Assembly (NCBI GenBank): GCA_050575255.1
Contig: JBNZDD010013714.1
Location: 6,065,478-6,129,477, forward strand
Direction: 5' to 3'
Length of the DNA: 64,000 bases
Source of the DNA: Harriotta raleighana
Taxonomy: Eukaryota
In this document: one piece after another, positions 25,898 through 39,351 of the stretch
How positions within the stretch are numbered: position 1 is the first letter of the stretch
How the letters are laid out: every line of letters starts with the position of its first letter
Translations under genes and position numbers: made by a program
The notes under the pieces: generated by a model
Told to the model about the DNA's origin: nothing
What the model saw: only the letters and a program-made list of their open reading frames with translations
The model's database searches: none

Positions 25898-26675
25898 AAC
25901 CCGATCACAATATAGTGAGGAGGAAGATGCCAAAAGTAATGAAGCAAACATATAGATCTATTCAATAAATATATTTTAAAGGAAACTTTGATGCTTCTGA
26001 CAATTCTGGATGAACTGCAAAGTACTTTACTATGCTCCAGTATGCTAATGTTACATTTGTGTCCAGCTGTACAGTGCTGGCAAGGTCCTCTCCTTATCAT
26101 GTTTTCCATATCTGTTTCTTTTGATGTGCTGTTCCCATTTCTAAAAGCCCTACTTGAGCATCCAATTAGTTCCTCTTAAGAACCTAAAGAAATGTTGCTT
26201 TTATATCAGCAGGTCACCCATGCGCTGATGCCATTCACAACCTTTTGACCCCTAATTCATGTATTGACATAAAGGTGGCAAACTGAGAATTTTACTGTTC
26301 AATAACCGATTGATATGTAACATGTGTAAAATCGTCACATTTCCCTTTTTTTCCCCCCATAACATCCCTCTACTTTCCCCAAAGACGGTGACTTATTCCA
26401 GGCGTTCTTCTGGTGTTTTGCCAATTGTGCTGTTCTTCTTGTGTGAGCGACAGAGTGAATATCAGTGCATCAGTGGTGCATGGTAAGTAACTCAGCCATT
26501 CTCAATCCTGTCCTCATGTAACATCATGTAACACACGTGATTGCCAGCAGTGGGGTCTCATCAGGTGAACAAGTGAGGTATTGAGGAACTGGTGTGGGAG
26601 TAAGGCCATCGAGAGAGAAGCCAAGACAGTGCGCATTCATGAAGGCCCCATTGCCATGGTAACAAGATAGCTTGA

Positions 26676-26927
26676 ATATAATAAAATAATCCTTACATTT
26701 GATATATTTACGGACAAAAAATGGCAGAATTGTGTTTCATTGTGCACAGCAAACAGTCCACAAATGTCGTGGATTGAAGTGACCAATTTATTATTGGTTT
26801 TTTTCTTGAGTTGTTATTATCAGGTATGTGGAGGAAGGAAACTTCCCCAAGGTTTTGCCCTGCCTGGAATCGAACCCAGGTCTTGCTTGTGAGCCGAGTG
26901 CTCTAACCACTGAACTGCAGGTCTCCA
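26676..26927 (-). mobile_element. Dominant SINE with intact head and internal 3' deletion
   Basis: Reverse strand: TGGAGACCTGCAGTTCAGTGGTTAGAGCACTCGGCTCACAAGCAAGACCTGGGTTCGATTCCAGGCAGGGC. Confidence 0.9.
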
Positions 26928-27111
26928 AACCCAGCTTGGTTCGACAAATTCAGTTTCCTTTAACTTGTCAAAAAGATCACCAGCCTCTACTGATTGTGGA
27001 GTTGTGGAACAATGTTACTGCTTAGCCATCAGTGAATCTATCTGATCTCCTTACTATCCTAAGGCTGTTGAGGACAACTGTATTTCCTCCAACAAAACAC
27101 AAAAGTGTCGT

Positions 27112-27200
27112 TGTCCTGAAACGTTGACTCCTTTTCCTTTCTCCATGGATGCTGCCTGACTTGCTGAGTTTCCCCCAGCAACTTCTGTGTTTTTTTGTAT
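27112..27200 (+). mobile_element. Penelope-type terminal repeat fragment
   Basis: CCTGAAACGTTGACTC...CCATGGATGCTGCCTGACTTGCTGAGTTTCCCCCAGCAACTTCTG. Confidence 0.7.
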
Positions 27201-28189
27201 TTCCTCCAATCTTGACTGCTTTTAGCAAAGTCAGCACACACCAACTATCACCTTGCTTTAATGCATGGCTCAGTATCACATTACTCATTACATTTATCTT
27301 CCAAATCCTCAAATTAACTCTTTGTAGCAAATTATAATTTGAAAATATATTTGTTTTTTCAACAAAAAATATGTGTATTGTGCTGCTATTTTATTACATA
27401 TTTGACTGGTGTTTCCACATGTGTCAGACACCCAATTGACCAAAAATAAATCTGACTGGGGCATTATAAATGAAAATATTTGGCTTTCTTTGTTTATTTG
27501 CTAGCTTTGACGCTGAATTGTATTGTTAGCACTGTAGTTTTGTGTTTCCTTAGAGTAACAAACAAGCCTATACTCAAACATTATCTGTAACATTTGGTAT
27601 ATTTTATTGATATTTCTTAAAGTATCCAAACTGATTAAAAAAGATCTCGCAGCAGAACATGGAACTGCAAACAAGCGAGGAATGGATCCATATTCTCCAG
27701 GGCAATCATTTAAGTAGCTCAAATACTTCTATTAGAGTAATTGAAATATTAGAGTTTATGGAAGATGGAAAATGAATAGAACTGGAGAAGCTTTTATTTT
27801 TTGTGAATTTGTGAATTCCCCTTCCCATTCTATTCAACAGTACATCTCTCGGCACATTTCAATGTTTCAGTAGTTTGATAACTGCACAATTGTTATGAAG
27901 AAATCTGTGATTAAATAACTGTGAATTGAATCCTGTTATGTGAAATCATGCAAGGTGGCACATGAGCTTGCAGATTAAACTGAAAATTGGGCATATCAAG
28001 TTATTTTGTCACAGGAGGATAAAATGCAACATTGGGTTTGCAATTCCCCATGTGATGAGCTCCTGTTCTTGCCAGTCATTGAGCAAAAGTGTGACATGGA
28101 AACTAGATGCTTCTTTATGAATACAGTAGTTAAAACTGAAAGTCGTATCCAGTGATGCCCTGTTATAGCATGGTGCTTGGGATTCATAA

Positions 28190-28490
28190 AACCTGGGGGA
28201 ATGCTGCATTGTAAGAGGTGTCATCCTTTGGATGAGTCAGTAACCTAATATCCTATGGCTGTGCGGGTGGACGTTAAAGATTCAATGGCACTATTCGAAA
28301 AGAGAAGGAAATTTCCTAGGATCCTGGGTGACAATCGCCCCCCAGCACCCCACAAAAAAATTGATTATTCATTTTGCTCTGCATGCTAATTGTGTACAAA
28401 ATCTAGAGTTAATACACTTTACCATAAATTCTTTGAAGTGCTGCAAGATATCCATCTGAAGTGAAAGACACTGTCAAGTAGGATGAATAT
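28190..28490 (+). mobile_element. DeuSINE fragment
   Basis: TGCTGCATTGTAAGAGGTGTCATCCTTTGGATGAG...GGTGGACGTTAAAGATTCAATGGCACTATTCGAA. Confidence 0.75.
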
Positions 28491-29919
28491 TTTTTAAACA
28501 TCCAGAGTTCTCGCAAACAGATCCAAGTACAACTTAAAATATACCCTTTTCATATACCATACCCTGTTTGTAGATCAGAATATGTGGCATTAATTCAGTT
28601 AATCAGAACTTCCTCCACCAGAATTCAGTATATTCTGATGAGAATCATTTTCATCTTTGTGTTATACTTCTGTCAGAATGTACAAAGTAGTGTTACACTG
28701 CTCAAGGTACAGATATCTGCCCTCGTTTATCTTTGTTCATCTTGCCCATGGCATATAACCATTTCTTACTCAAAATATATGACACTTGGCTTAAAGCCAC
28801 AGTCATTAGGGCATTAGCATGGAGATCCAACACTCCGATTTCAGCTGCCCCTATTAGGCCCACGCCTGACGAACTAATTGATGTGTAATTTGACCTAAGC
28901 ATTTTGCTAGGTTTAATACCATTAGACCTTGGATAAAATTTATGGTCACATGTACAGGTTATTGATGGTTCCAAATTTGACTCTCATTCAATCAGAATGC
29001 TTCCATCTCGACTTACCTACCATTCTGATAGCTGCCAGACGGTCAGCTTTCCATACCTTGTACAGCCTGGAGGCCCTGTGTTCCAGAGTAACTCGCAGCT
29101 TTTCAAGTTTGTGTTAGTTTTAGGACGACGGCTTTAGCAATTGGAAGTGATTTGTCATTTCAGTGGTCATTCCGTATTGGCCTGTGACTCTGTCAATCAG
29201 CATGTTTTCCTTTGTTGTAATTAGCAAGAGTATCTGTTTTACATGTGTGTTGATAAGCGTTCCTCACAGTTTTCTCTCTCTGTTGGAAACAAGCAGTCAA
29301 ATCAGAATATGACTCCTGTAGATTATAGTTGAGATTCTCAACTTGGATCCAAATGGGACCGTCCAGATGGACCTCAATGTCCTTTTCCGGTCCTGAACAT
29401 GCCTATAGTAACCTTCTAGTTATAGGGCCTCTTTTTCACAGTATTTTCCAGTTTTGTCCAGGATACAACTTCTCTGGAAGTTGCTTATATTGTCTCATAA
29501 CTACAACCATTTCCTGTGATGACCATATATAAAATAGGATTGAGAAGTAATGTTATTTTAAGTCCCAATTCCATGTGCAGCAAGTTAAAAATTTTCAATG
29601 CATTCCACATAATCATTTTTTCCCACCCGATCATTGCTATTACTGCCACTTTGTTTCATATTCATTTAGAAAAAGATGACAATTGAAATGATGTTACAAT
29701 CATTTAAAATGATTTTTTAAACCAAAACAGCAAGAATTAAGCATTAGGTGTGAAGTTGCAACAGAACTGCTGTATATTTGATGGAAATGCCACGTGTAAG
29801 TGCTGCAGTTATTTAGAAAGATCAGGGAATAAAACTCTCCACTTGTTAACCCCAGGACAAATATTTTCTGTAAATGCCTTTCCCTTTGCAGCAAAATATG
29901 AAAACATTAATGCTTGCAT

Positions 29920-30060
29920 TGGGATTACACACAGCATGGAAACAGGCTATTTGGCTCAATTAATCCATGCCGGTGTTTATCATAAACACAAGTCTCCGCC
30001 CTACCAAATCTATTCCATACCGTTCCTTACCACACTCTCTCATGGATGTATTTTGAAGGA
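29920..30060 (-). mobile_element. CR1 3' terminus, degenerate
   Basis: ACAGCATGGAAACAGGCTATTTGGCTC..ATCCATGCCGG. Confidence 0.5.
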
Positions 30061-32597
30061 GTGGATGCTGCAGGGTCAGAGGTGGTCAAAGATTTTATGC
30101 CAAAAGCTGCATGATCTAAATCCGGTCAGCACCAAGTATAAACCCCTGCAGGAGAACACATTCAGTTTAGATGATCCTGATGCTAACTGAGCACAGTTTT
30201 ATGTGATCTATCATACAAACTGGGGAATTTAGGTGAAAAGATGAAAACCGTGACTGCTGTTCTTCCTGTATTCTGTTAACACTGTGTATTTGGGGGTTGG
30301 GGGAAGAATAACCCAAATCTCACTTTTGATATTCTGCCTCTTCAATAAAGTCCTGAATATTTTTTTTCATTTGTTTTCATTTGCCAAATTATTCCACTGG
30401 GAATGCAGTTTGCAGCTTGGGTTAACTATTTGCAAAATGCATGTGCACAGAGGGAATTGAAGGTGGCCTGAGGTGTGTAATTAACCGATGTAAGGGATTA
30501 CAGGTGATTCCGTAATCTTTTACAATGTTTGCTCATTACCTAACTGAGGGCTTCTGTGTGCGTTCACATGTGGTTAACCCAACCCGCAGATCTTTTACAT
30601 CTTCCACTGTGAAGCAGTAAGTTTTGATTTATCAAGCTCCAAGGCTGTGCTCCAAATAGTTATTCTGGTCACATTACACAGAGCCAATAGCAACACAGAC
30701 GGTGTTGATAATGCCCAGTGGTACCCAAATCTACAAATGTACTTATTTACTTCTGGCGACCGATCTTCTCTTTTACCTATGGGTGGGCAACTCGCATGCA
30801 GCCCAGGGATGTCGAGACCAAACTGCTGGCTCTATAGAAGGTCTCTGTCAGCTGCCAAGAGGATTGGCGTCTTCTCAGCCTGGCGGCTGCCAGAAACATA
30901 GTGGCATCCAGTACTGCCAGAGGCACCCTTGGTCCTCACAATTATTTAGTTGCCTGTGACGCTACTGCTTCCTGAAGCAGGCAGAGAGCACATTTCTGGA
31001 TGCTTCATTCATGCCTCTGAAGCACTTAAACATGAATTAAATGATGGCGTTTCTTGTGATTATATCACCAAGAATTTAAATAACATCTTTAAAAAGTTAG
31101 GTTCTTTAAATTCTTTGTTATTGCCTCAATTATCGATAGAATATTGTCGTACCACTAGATACATTTAATTATAGGAAATGAAGGGAGCCAGACTGCTGCT
31201 AGTTGGGGTCCAGAAAACCACAAAACAATTCGCTAAGAATATGACAGACTATGCCAAAAACATGCAAAAGTTCAGGTTGGTACAAAATTGTATCCCTATT
31301 GCAAGTTCAATGAAGTTTTGTTGTCTGGATTTAAAATAGCCATGTGGTATTTTTATAGTTATAACTTCCTGCTAAACATAAATATGTTGAAACTGGGTAT
31401 AGAACAGTTTCATCACCTAAAAAAAGTACAAGAACTATTTCCTCGTCTGTACAGCGGAAGGAGATTTACGCAAAACAAAGCTTTACAAAGTATGATGGTG
31501 ATGCTAAATATGGTAACATTGGTTTCCTCCAAGTTTGCTTTAAAAGCTGCAGATTTGTGAAATTATGTTTCTTCGCCTAAGGGTACAAGTTAGCAGACAC
31601 TGTAAAATTGCAGGATACATAATGGGCCTCAGATGATTAACACAGGAAAAAAAGAATTAGGGCTAGCATTTTTCTTTAGTTATGCTAACAGCCCTAGGAC
31701 TAGTCATCCATTGGAAAACTAACGGATACACACAGGATTTTAAAGTATCAAATGAGATGCCTCCACACCCATTTTAATGGCCACAATTTACTCAACTACA
31801 GCATGTAGTATGTTTTGTTTGGGTGTTCTTTCTCAGTGCATTTTAGTAAATCTAACTGAACTATACAGTTTTAGAATACAGTACCTATTTCTTCTGTGAA
31901 AATGTTGTAAAATTTAAAATTACACTGAGTCCAAATTATATTTCTGCCCACATGTTATATTGAAATCCTGTGTAAGGCACGTTTATACCTAGAATTATGC
32001 ATTTAACCCCTGAGTCATATTTCCTTGCTTTCGAACAACAAAATTGATCATGGTAAATAACATGACATAATGGCATTATTTAGTGCTGACATAATCGGAG
32101 TGTGTTCGCAATCTCATCTTGTGGTTCCACATGTGAGCGTGACAGTAAAAGATTATCAGTATGGAAACAGATGGAGCTATTCCAGACAGATCCACTAACT
32201 AAACAAACAGCCTGAGGGATGACACCGGGCTTTGAAAGTATATGTTTAGAACATTGTACTTTTGTTGGGTGCAATAACGACAGAGTAGAGCTGGAGTCAA
32301 TTCCAGTGAGAAACACATCGCATCCATTTGACCTGTTTCGGCAAGGATGGATTTTTGATTTCATTTGTAATGATATTCCATATTTTCTTCCCCGCCTTCC
32401 TCAACGAGCATCAGTATCAACTTACCCACTGTCCATCTGCCCCATTGTTTCCTCTCAAGGCCTGGTGGTATCTCAAACAAAGGCACGACATCAGGAGCAC
32501 TGTTAATAACTGGTAATTTTTACACATAACTAGGTCAAGGTGTTTGCTTTGGCCACATGAATGGAAAGTCACTTGTATATGGTTAGACTGAGAGCAG

Positions 32598-32700
32598 CTA
32601 TGGAGTGCCTTTCACGTTGGGAGGACGTTCCAGAGCGCTGTCCCAAAGTCAGCTTCTGTGTAAGATGGTGGTGGAGGAGGTGGGGGGGGGTCGGGAAAGT
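32598..32700 (-). mobile_element. L2 tail fragment
   Basis: Reverse strand: AGCGCTCTGGAACGTCCTCCCAACGTGAAAGGCACT. Confidence 0.65.
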
Positions 32701-33014
32701 ATTCTCTCATATTGTACAATACATTGTACAGATTTCCTTTATCTTTAAGAATAGGATAGAGAACAGAACTAGAGAGTATCACTGAAACTAATGCAAGAAT
32801 GCAGCAGGATTAGAGAATAAATCAAGAATGCTAAATGGCTGTGTTATCTAACAGGTAGACCTGAGCAATGAATGTCTGGTAATTATTAACAAAATCCGTT
32901 TTCAGTCATTTTCATTTACTGATATGCATATAGTTTCATCTCCTACTTAAAAGTGTAAAATAATACCTGAAAAGAGAGAATTCTTAATATAATCATTATC
33001 GCAACTCTTTAAAG

Positions 33015-33325
33015 GAAATCCTGCAAAGTACTGCAAAGATGTTTTGATGTGGCAACCACTGTTCCAAGTGCAAGAATTATTATTATTATTATTATTGTTG
33101 GTGTGGGAATACATTTTTAGAGTTGGGTAAACAAAGCAAGGCCCAGTGTACAAATATTTGTGGGAAAACAATTTTTGTTGTTAATAATTAGACTGTTTGT
33201 GGGGCACTGCTGTGCGCAATTGGCTGCTGCATTTTGCCAACAAAATATGCAGAATTCACTTTATAGTATATTCTGTGACGCTCTTTGAGAAGACATGATA
33301 AGGCACTATATCAAATGCAAGTACT
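33015..33325 (+). mobile_element. Two SINE 3' fragments (33015-33097 and 33190-33325)
   Basis: The first is a tail with a long (TTA)n. The second has GTTTGTGGGGCACTGCTGTGCGCAATTGGCTGC and the tail. Confidence 0.8.
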
Positions 33326-35534
33326 GTATCTTTACTACAGTACAATACATGACGGGAAGGAATGTAAAGGGAGTGTACATCAGTGTAAGCACAATAGCAG
33401 AACACAATCTCTCTACTTGGATGTGCAGACCTGCTGTGATGCAACTAACTGGCCAAAAATACACAGAATTAGGCAAACATAATAAGAGGATCTATCCACT
33501 TAGTCCATCTAGTTCTTATGCAAACATTACCTCAGTATCATATTGGTACTTTACAAGTACGCAAAGGAAAAATTCACTTCAGGCAGTTCTCACTTTAGAC
33601 AACGCTTGTGCAGGGTGGGGTTGGGGATTGGGGGTAGACTAGGTGGAGGTGTTGCCTCCAAATGTGATCAACCATGAAACACCACTGTTGAGATAGTCAT
33701 TCACCCATATCCAATGTTAAATAAATTCTCCAATGTACTTCAAGTGACTGGTGCAGGACTAGTTGGCACCAAACAGGTATTTGTTGTAACTGACAAACTG
33801 AGATATGTTTGTGAAACTAACCCAGCAAACTTCATTAATGTTAAAACGCTAAATTCTAAGAGGAGAAGCAGCAGGAGAAATTAACAGGCAGACACTGGAA
33901 AATTTGTTTTAAAAAAAGGCAGAATCACAGGGAATATTCACTAATATACTAATTATTATCATTAATTGGAATGAATGGGAGTGTCAAAATGTGTTAATGT
34001 CAGCCACCCATGATGCACTCTGAAGGTACAGTTGTGTATGTGGATCTAGTTTCATGAGCAGAATAGCAAAAGTACAAGACGGAAACTCAAGGTTTTGTCT
34101 GGCAGTGTGGTCTGATTGCATCATAGATAGGCACTGATAACTTCAGAAGCTTGCTTTCTCAGCTGTTCGATATGAATTCTCTGTATGCCTTTGCCCAGAT
34201 CGGTTTATTTTTATAAACAATAAATAGCACAGCATTCCAGCAGTGTTTTCCCTCAGCCCTTTAAATGCTCACAGCCATTTGCAAGGGAGATGTTTGGTGA
34301 GTTTGTGGGTTTGCACAGATGGTGGTCATCATTTTGAAAATCTCATAAACGCTGGGTGCGTATTTTTCACACACACTTGCGATAGATCATCAGGGCCTAC
34401 AGATGACTTCCAGATGATATTACTGTGTTTGGATAACGGTGTTGATTCCAAACTGTGCTTTATTTCTCTTTATTAGATAGCCTGGTGTAAGCACAGCTAA
34501 CTTGCCTTACTGCACCGCATTTATAGATTGCAGACTCTAAACTAATTGTCAGTTGTGCAGTCTGCCTACAGGCTCGACCAGCGAAAATAATTATATCTAT
34601 TTTCTTGATTAAAGGCAGAGCGGAAGTAGATGTGGAAAAATGTTTAATGCAGTATGTGATTTGGTCAGGAAGCGAGCTTTACTAGCTTTTTATTTACGGA
34701 AAAGAAAGATTTGTTGGCCATAATTTCTGCCTTGTATGGATTCCCAGTTATACAGCCAACCCAGTTCACTTGCCATCTATCCAAACCCTGCCTCAGCATT
34801 TACACAGCCTCTTCTTCAGCCAGTCCATCCATGGAGCAGGGTGGGTGCAGTGTGAATCTCATTACTCCCTGAACACATGTGCTACGTTTTATATGGTGGT
34901 GGAGGCAGGGCGGGAGTAAAGGAGGAAGCTCGAAATCAGTGAAAGTTCAAATGCATCTGTTTACATAAAATCTGATTCAAACTGTTTAGATTCTCAAGCT
35001 CCTGGCTTGAAAGTGGAACAGGCATTGAAACTCGACAGCCTGTACAGGATTTCTAGTTATTATCAGTGGGCTCAGTGCTTCTCCCAACCAGTCGTGCCTT
35101 GAGGCACTGTTTTCCCATTTTATTTTGCGTTGCTTAGTGTTACTTTGTACCTGAATAAATATTAAGTAGCCCGGTTCTATCTATTTCTGGCACCTACATA
35201 AATCACTAGATTTAGCTATTGAGTCTGGGACGTCTGCATTCCATACATCAGTCCAGAAAGGGCAACTACGAGTAACCTTCTCATTCTCATTTACTCTATC
35301 AGCGACACTGCCACAACAGCTCTGCTGATTTCAATGCGTTCATGAGCCACTGCTCACGTAGCTGGTGTCGCAGTTTTGCCCCCTGTTTTTTGGATGGGCT
35401 GGAGCCAGGTGCTTTCAACAATAATACAACAACAACTTACGCTTCTAATGAAACACCTTTCTTGGAGGAAACACTTTTGAAGGACAGTGGGGAAACCAGA
35501 GTAAGAAAGTATGGAGGAGGTAGATAAAACCAAC

Positions 35535-35712
35535 CAAGCAGTCCAACACAGCAGCCAAGTTCTATAATGACAATTCTTTACAAACGGCATCACGGGATCA
35601 TTTGCAACCACCCAAACAGGCAAACAGACTCTCGTCTTATCAAGCGACGGCACCTCTAACAATGCATTGCTAACTCCCTCAGCATTGTACTGGAGTGTCA
35701 TCTTAAAAGTAT
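35535..35712 (-). mobile_element. DeuSINE fragment
   Basis: Reverse strand: GACACTCCAGTACAATGCTGAGGGAG...GCATTGTTAGAGGTGCCGTC...GATCCCGTGATGCCGTTTG. Confidence 0.7.
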
Positions 35713-36034
35713 CTGAAAACTCAAACCCTGCAAACTATCCTGGAGTCCATAGGTTTTATACTGGAATTTCCTGGAATTTTGCTTGGCATCGTAAACTCAG
35801 GAAGTTTAAATCACAGTCATTTTACAGGAGATTGTCGACCAGGACAACAGTACAGTAATAATATCGTACTAAAGGTCTGAGCCTTAAGAAAACAAGTTAT
35901 GTGAATACAGTCTATATTTAACACCATATTTGAAAATCAATATTTTGCTATTATTAAAATGTGTCTATTTCTCCTCCATTGGCTCACTTAGTAAAGCCAT
36001 AGCCAAGTGTAAATTTCAGCCACGCAGATTCAGA

Positions 36035-36116
36035 AGGTCTGTGAATTGGGACGTCCTCCTGAGACAAAAGGCCCTCCAGAAATGTAATTTTGTTGTTGTT
36101 GTTGGTGGTGGTGGTG
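36035..36116 (+). mobile_element. L2 tail
   Basis: GGGACGTCCTCCTGA..AAAGGC..AAATGTAATT followed by (TTG)n(TGG)n. Confidence 0.7.
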
Positions 36117-36117
36117 T

Positions 36118-36410
36118 CAGTTTGGCAGCAGCAATTGGAACTTTGGGTTTGGCTTCTACTTCCCTGAGCTTCGAAGTGGACAAATTCTGCCAGTGTTTGT
36201 AATCCAGTGACTCCTGCTGGAAGGTTGGCATGTAGAATCACCCAGTGAAGGTGTGAGTTGAGCTATATTGTGATGCCAACATGCTTGAGAGTTTCCTGAC
36301 AGCATTAATTATCCAGGGCATTTGTGTGGGTGAGACACTGGAACTGTAATCCAACACAAATCAATGATTTTATTTGATGAGAGGATGCGAGGAAGAGAAA
36401 GAGTAAACTG
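36118..36410 (+). mobile_element. AmnSINE2-like body and 3' end
   Basis: ATCCAGTGACTCCTGCTGGAAG...TGTGATGCC...GGGTGAG...GGAACTGTAATCCAACA...GAGAGGATG. Confidence 0.55.
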
Positions 36411-38929
36411 TAAACCAGTGCTTTAAACGAGTTCTTGTTTTTATCTTACGGCCTTTCAGTAGTTCAAACTTTTCAGGAAGGTGACTTTATCATTTTAAGA
36501 GACAAAACTGGAATACCTTCGAGGTAGCCTGGAAGATGCCACACCACTGACGGAATTAAAGGCTTAAAATTAATCATTCCCTTACATGCTGTTTACTGTT
36601 CCAAAAGACAGTAAAGCTGTCGCGGACAAAACAAGGGCAGCTTAAAGCTTTCAACAAACAGGAAATAAATTGCTTCAGTGTCTGAATCCAAACCACCAAA
36701 GACAGAGATACATTTAAGAAACACAATAGAGAAACATTCTGCAATTTTTCATGCAGTTACCAACAGATTCAGTGCAATTAAAGAGCATCCCGTGGGTCCT
36801 AGAAAGATTTGACATTTATACAAAAAAGGAGACCTGACCAATGAATTCATGAATGATAAAGTCATAAGCGTATCATTGTGTGGTGTCTAGATGTAGCGTA
36901 AACATATCATGATGGTGCTCATGGGCTGTGTTACACACAATGAAAAAGCTGGGAAATGCCAGTATATGCATTACATTTAAAATCTCTCTTAATATTCAAC
37001 ACTTTTATAATGTCGATATGATTCTCTTCTTTTCCGACTGAACCAGAGGGCCGCGGCCGCTTGTTAAAATGCTAAGATTCTTCATGGTTCTCCGAGACAC
37101 GATATCACATTGGTCTTGGGGCAGCTCTCATTGTAAAAACTATAGAGAAATCTTGTGCTAATAACCGTCACAGAACTATGAGGAAGCACTATTTTTAACC
37201 ATTGTTCAGTAATACAATGCTCATGTCCTTATAATTATCAGTTTCTAATGTCCTGGCAGCGGTAATTGTTTTGTGTGGCCCCAAGCAAGCAATCAAAGAA
37301 TGTAAAAGTTGAATTTCAAGCTCCACAAGTAAGTGGGTCCAGGGAGGCGCGGGAAATAAAGATTTCATGTAAGGCGAGCTTGTTGCCTGTTGCAGCTCTT
37401 CCCACTGGAAATTAGCACAATCATTTCTTGCAGGCAAGTCATTTTTTAAAAGTTGGCAGATACTATCACTTCATCTCTGTCACCTGTGTAATGAAGTAAA
37501 CAATGTAGGAACACAGATTAGATCATCCATTATCAAACACCCCGTGAAAAGAAGGAGAGGCCACCTGCAGTTTAACAGATGTTTAATCAATTACTGCAGC
37601 TCTGGTGAAATGTCCTCCTCATTCCCTCTCACACTGGTTATCTTTGGAGTGGGAGTCTGAACTCGAGCCAGGACAAAGACAATTTTACTGTTTTCTATTC
37701 AAACATCGAGGCTGAAAAATATGAGCACGTGGATATCAAATCCACATTTAGATAAATCCCCCACCCTCAATATTTTTTTTAAAAAACTGCAAGGCCCAGT
37801 TTTGTTCTTTTCTGTGAAAGGGATAATTATTTCTGTTGCCTAGCAATCTGACTATAAACAATGTACCTTTGCTATTGTCTTGGTTCAGATCTATTCCAAA
37901 ATACTGGCTAGGTTTGCACTTGTAGAGCTCACCCCCACATAGGGATCCACTGCATTTTGCTGCTTGATTGAACAGAGCTGAAGGAATGGTGAAGGGTTAC
38001 GAGGCAGAGGACAGGCTCCTTGCCGGTATCTTACAGCTGTGCATATATTTAAGGATCTAATGGGGGAGTCGAAGTGCTGCATATTTCATTGCTGATGCAT
38101 CCTACTAACAATGAGAAATGGGGGTTGATTTGTAAACTTGGCCAAGTGTTTAAAGCATAGTACTGTAAGCCAAACAGATGAACTGGACAAGATTTTTAGC
38201 ATGTTGCAGCAGTGTCTGTATGTACTTAGTAACAGATGTTTGGTCTCTCTGGGAAGATAATGGTGCTGCTGTAAGGTTGGTTTGACCTGCATGAAAAATA
38301 CTGAGCAGTACTAAAGAAGTAACAAATGATCATGACTCTTCTTGTTTTACTGGGAGAATGCTTAGCCACGCTTCCTTTTAAGCACATAATTACTCCAAAG
38401 CAACTGAAGCCCATACATTTTTCCTGGCTAATGGCTCAGAAGCCATTTTGCCATAATTTATGGGGACAAGGTTCAAAGTTTTAATAATATTTGGATAATA
38501 TCTTTGCCTTGATGTCTTTGTGCTTTGATGAATAGAATGTAAGTGGGCACATTTCAATTCAGAGCATGACAATGTAAGCGTTAACAACCAAATACTTTAC
38601 TCAACCTTTATGGAATGCTTACAAAACAGTTTGCTCATAAATTATAGATATCACCGTGAAGAATAATAAACAGCATCCGAGAGTACACAGTCTGCGTGTT
38701 CATACAGGCCATAAGCAACTGTCCATTTAGTGGTTCCGTTTTATTCAGATGGATGAACTGTAAAGAATAGAATTACGGGTTTAAATAAACCCTTCACTGA
38801 TACTATATTAATGTGTCAATATGAAAAAGGAACCGACTAAAGGAAGCTTAAGCTTTGGATATTTTTTGTGCTTCATAGGTGTCTGACTAGTTATTTTTAT
38901 CATTACATCACTGGATTGGAATCATACAG

Positions 38930-39207
38930 ATAATAATAATCATCCTTGTATTTGATATAGCAACTTATCACCTAGTTGAGATGTTGTCAAACTGCTTCAC
39001 AGAATATACTGTAAAGTGAATTGACGTTTTGGGCGAAATGCACCAGCTAATTACACACAGCGGTGACCCACGAACAGTCATGAATGGAATTACTGATTTT
39101 TTTATTTTGAGGAATTATTACCCCCGATCGACTAACAACTGAGTTCCTACTCACTGCTAGTTAGACAGAGGCATGTGAAGTAAGGAACCTTGTCTGAGGT
39201 TTTACCT
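38930..39207 (-). mobile_element. Dominant SINE, long variant, headless
   Basis: Carries the extra segment (reverse GCCTCTGTCTAACTAGCAGTGAGTAGGAACTCAGTTGTTAGTCGA). Confidence 0.85.
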
Positions 39208-39351
39208 TCAAATAAATCTTCTTTATGTTTGTGGGCCTTTGCAGTGCCCAAATTAACTGCCACATCCATGCACAACTACACAGTTACTGCACTTTACACA
39301 AAATCACTCTTAGGCACTCTGAGATATTCCAACATGATTTTGTGTGATCCA

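Larger units (their letters stand above)
26340..27300 (-). mobile_element. AmnSINE2-like element split by younger insertions
   Basis: 3' body at 26340-26600 (CAATCCTGTCCTCA..., TGTGTGAGC) and head at 27210-27300 (CAGCACACACC..., ATGGCTCAGTATCAC). Confidence 0.5.

Noticed and set aside
32420-32502. Minus-strand exon candidate ending in GTAAGT
   Set aside because: No frame gives a recognisable peptide and there are no partner exons.
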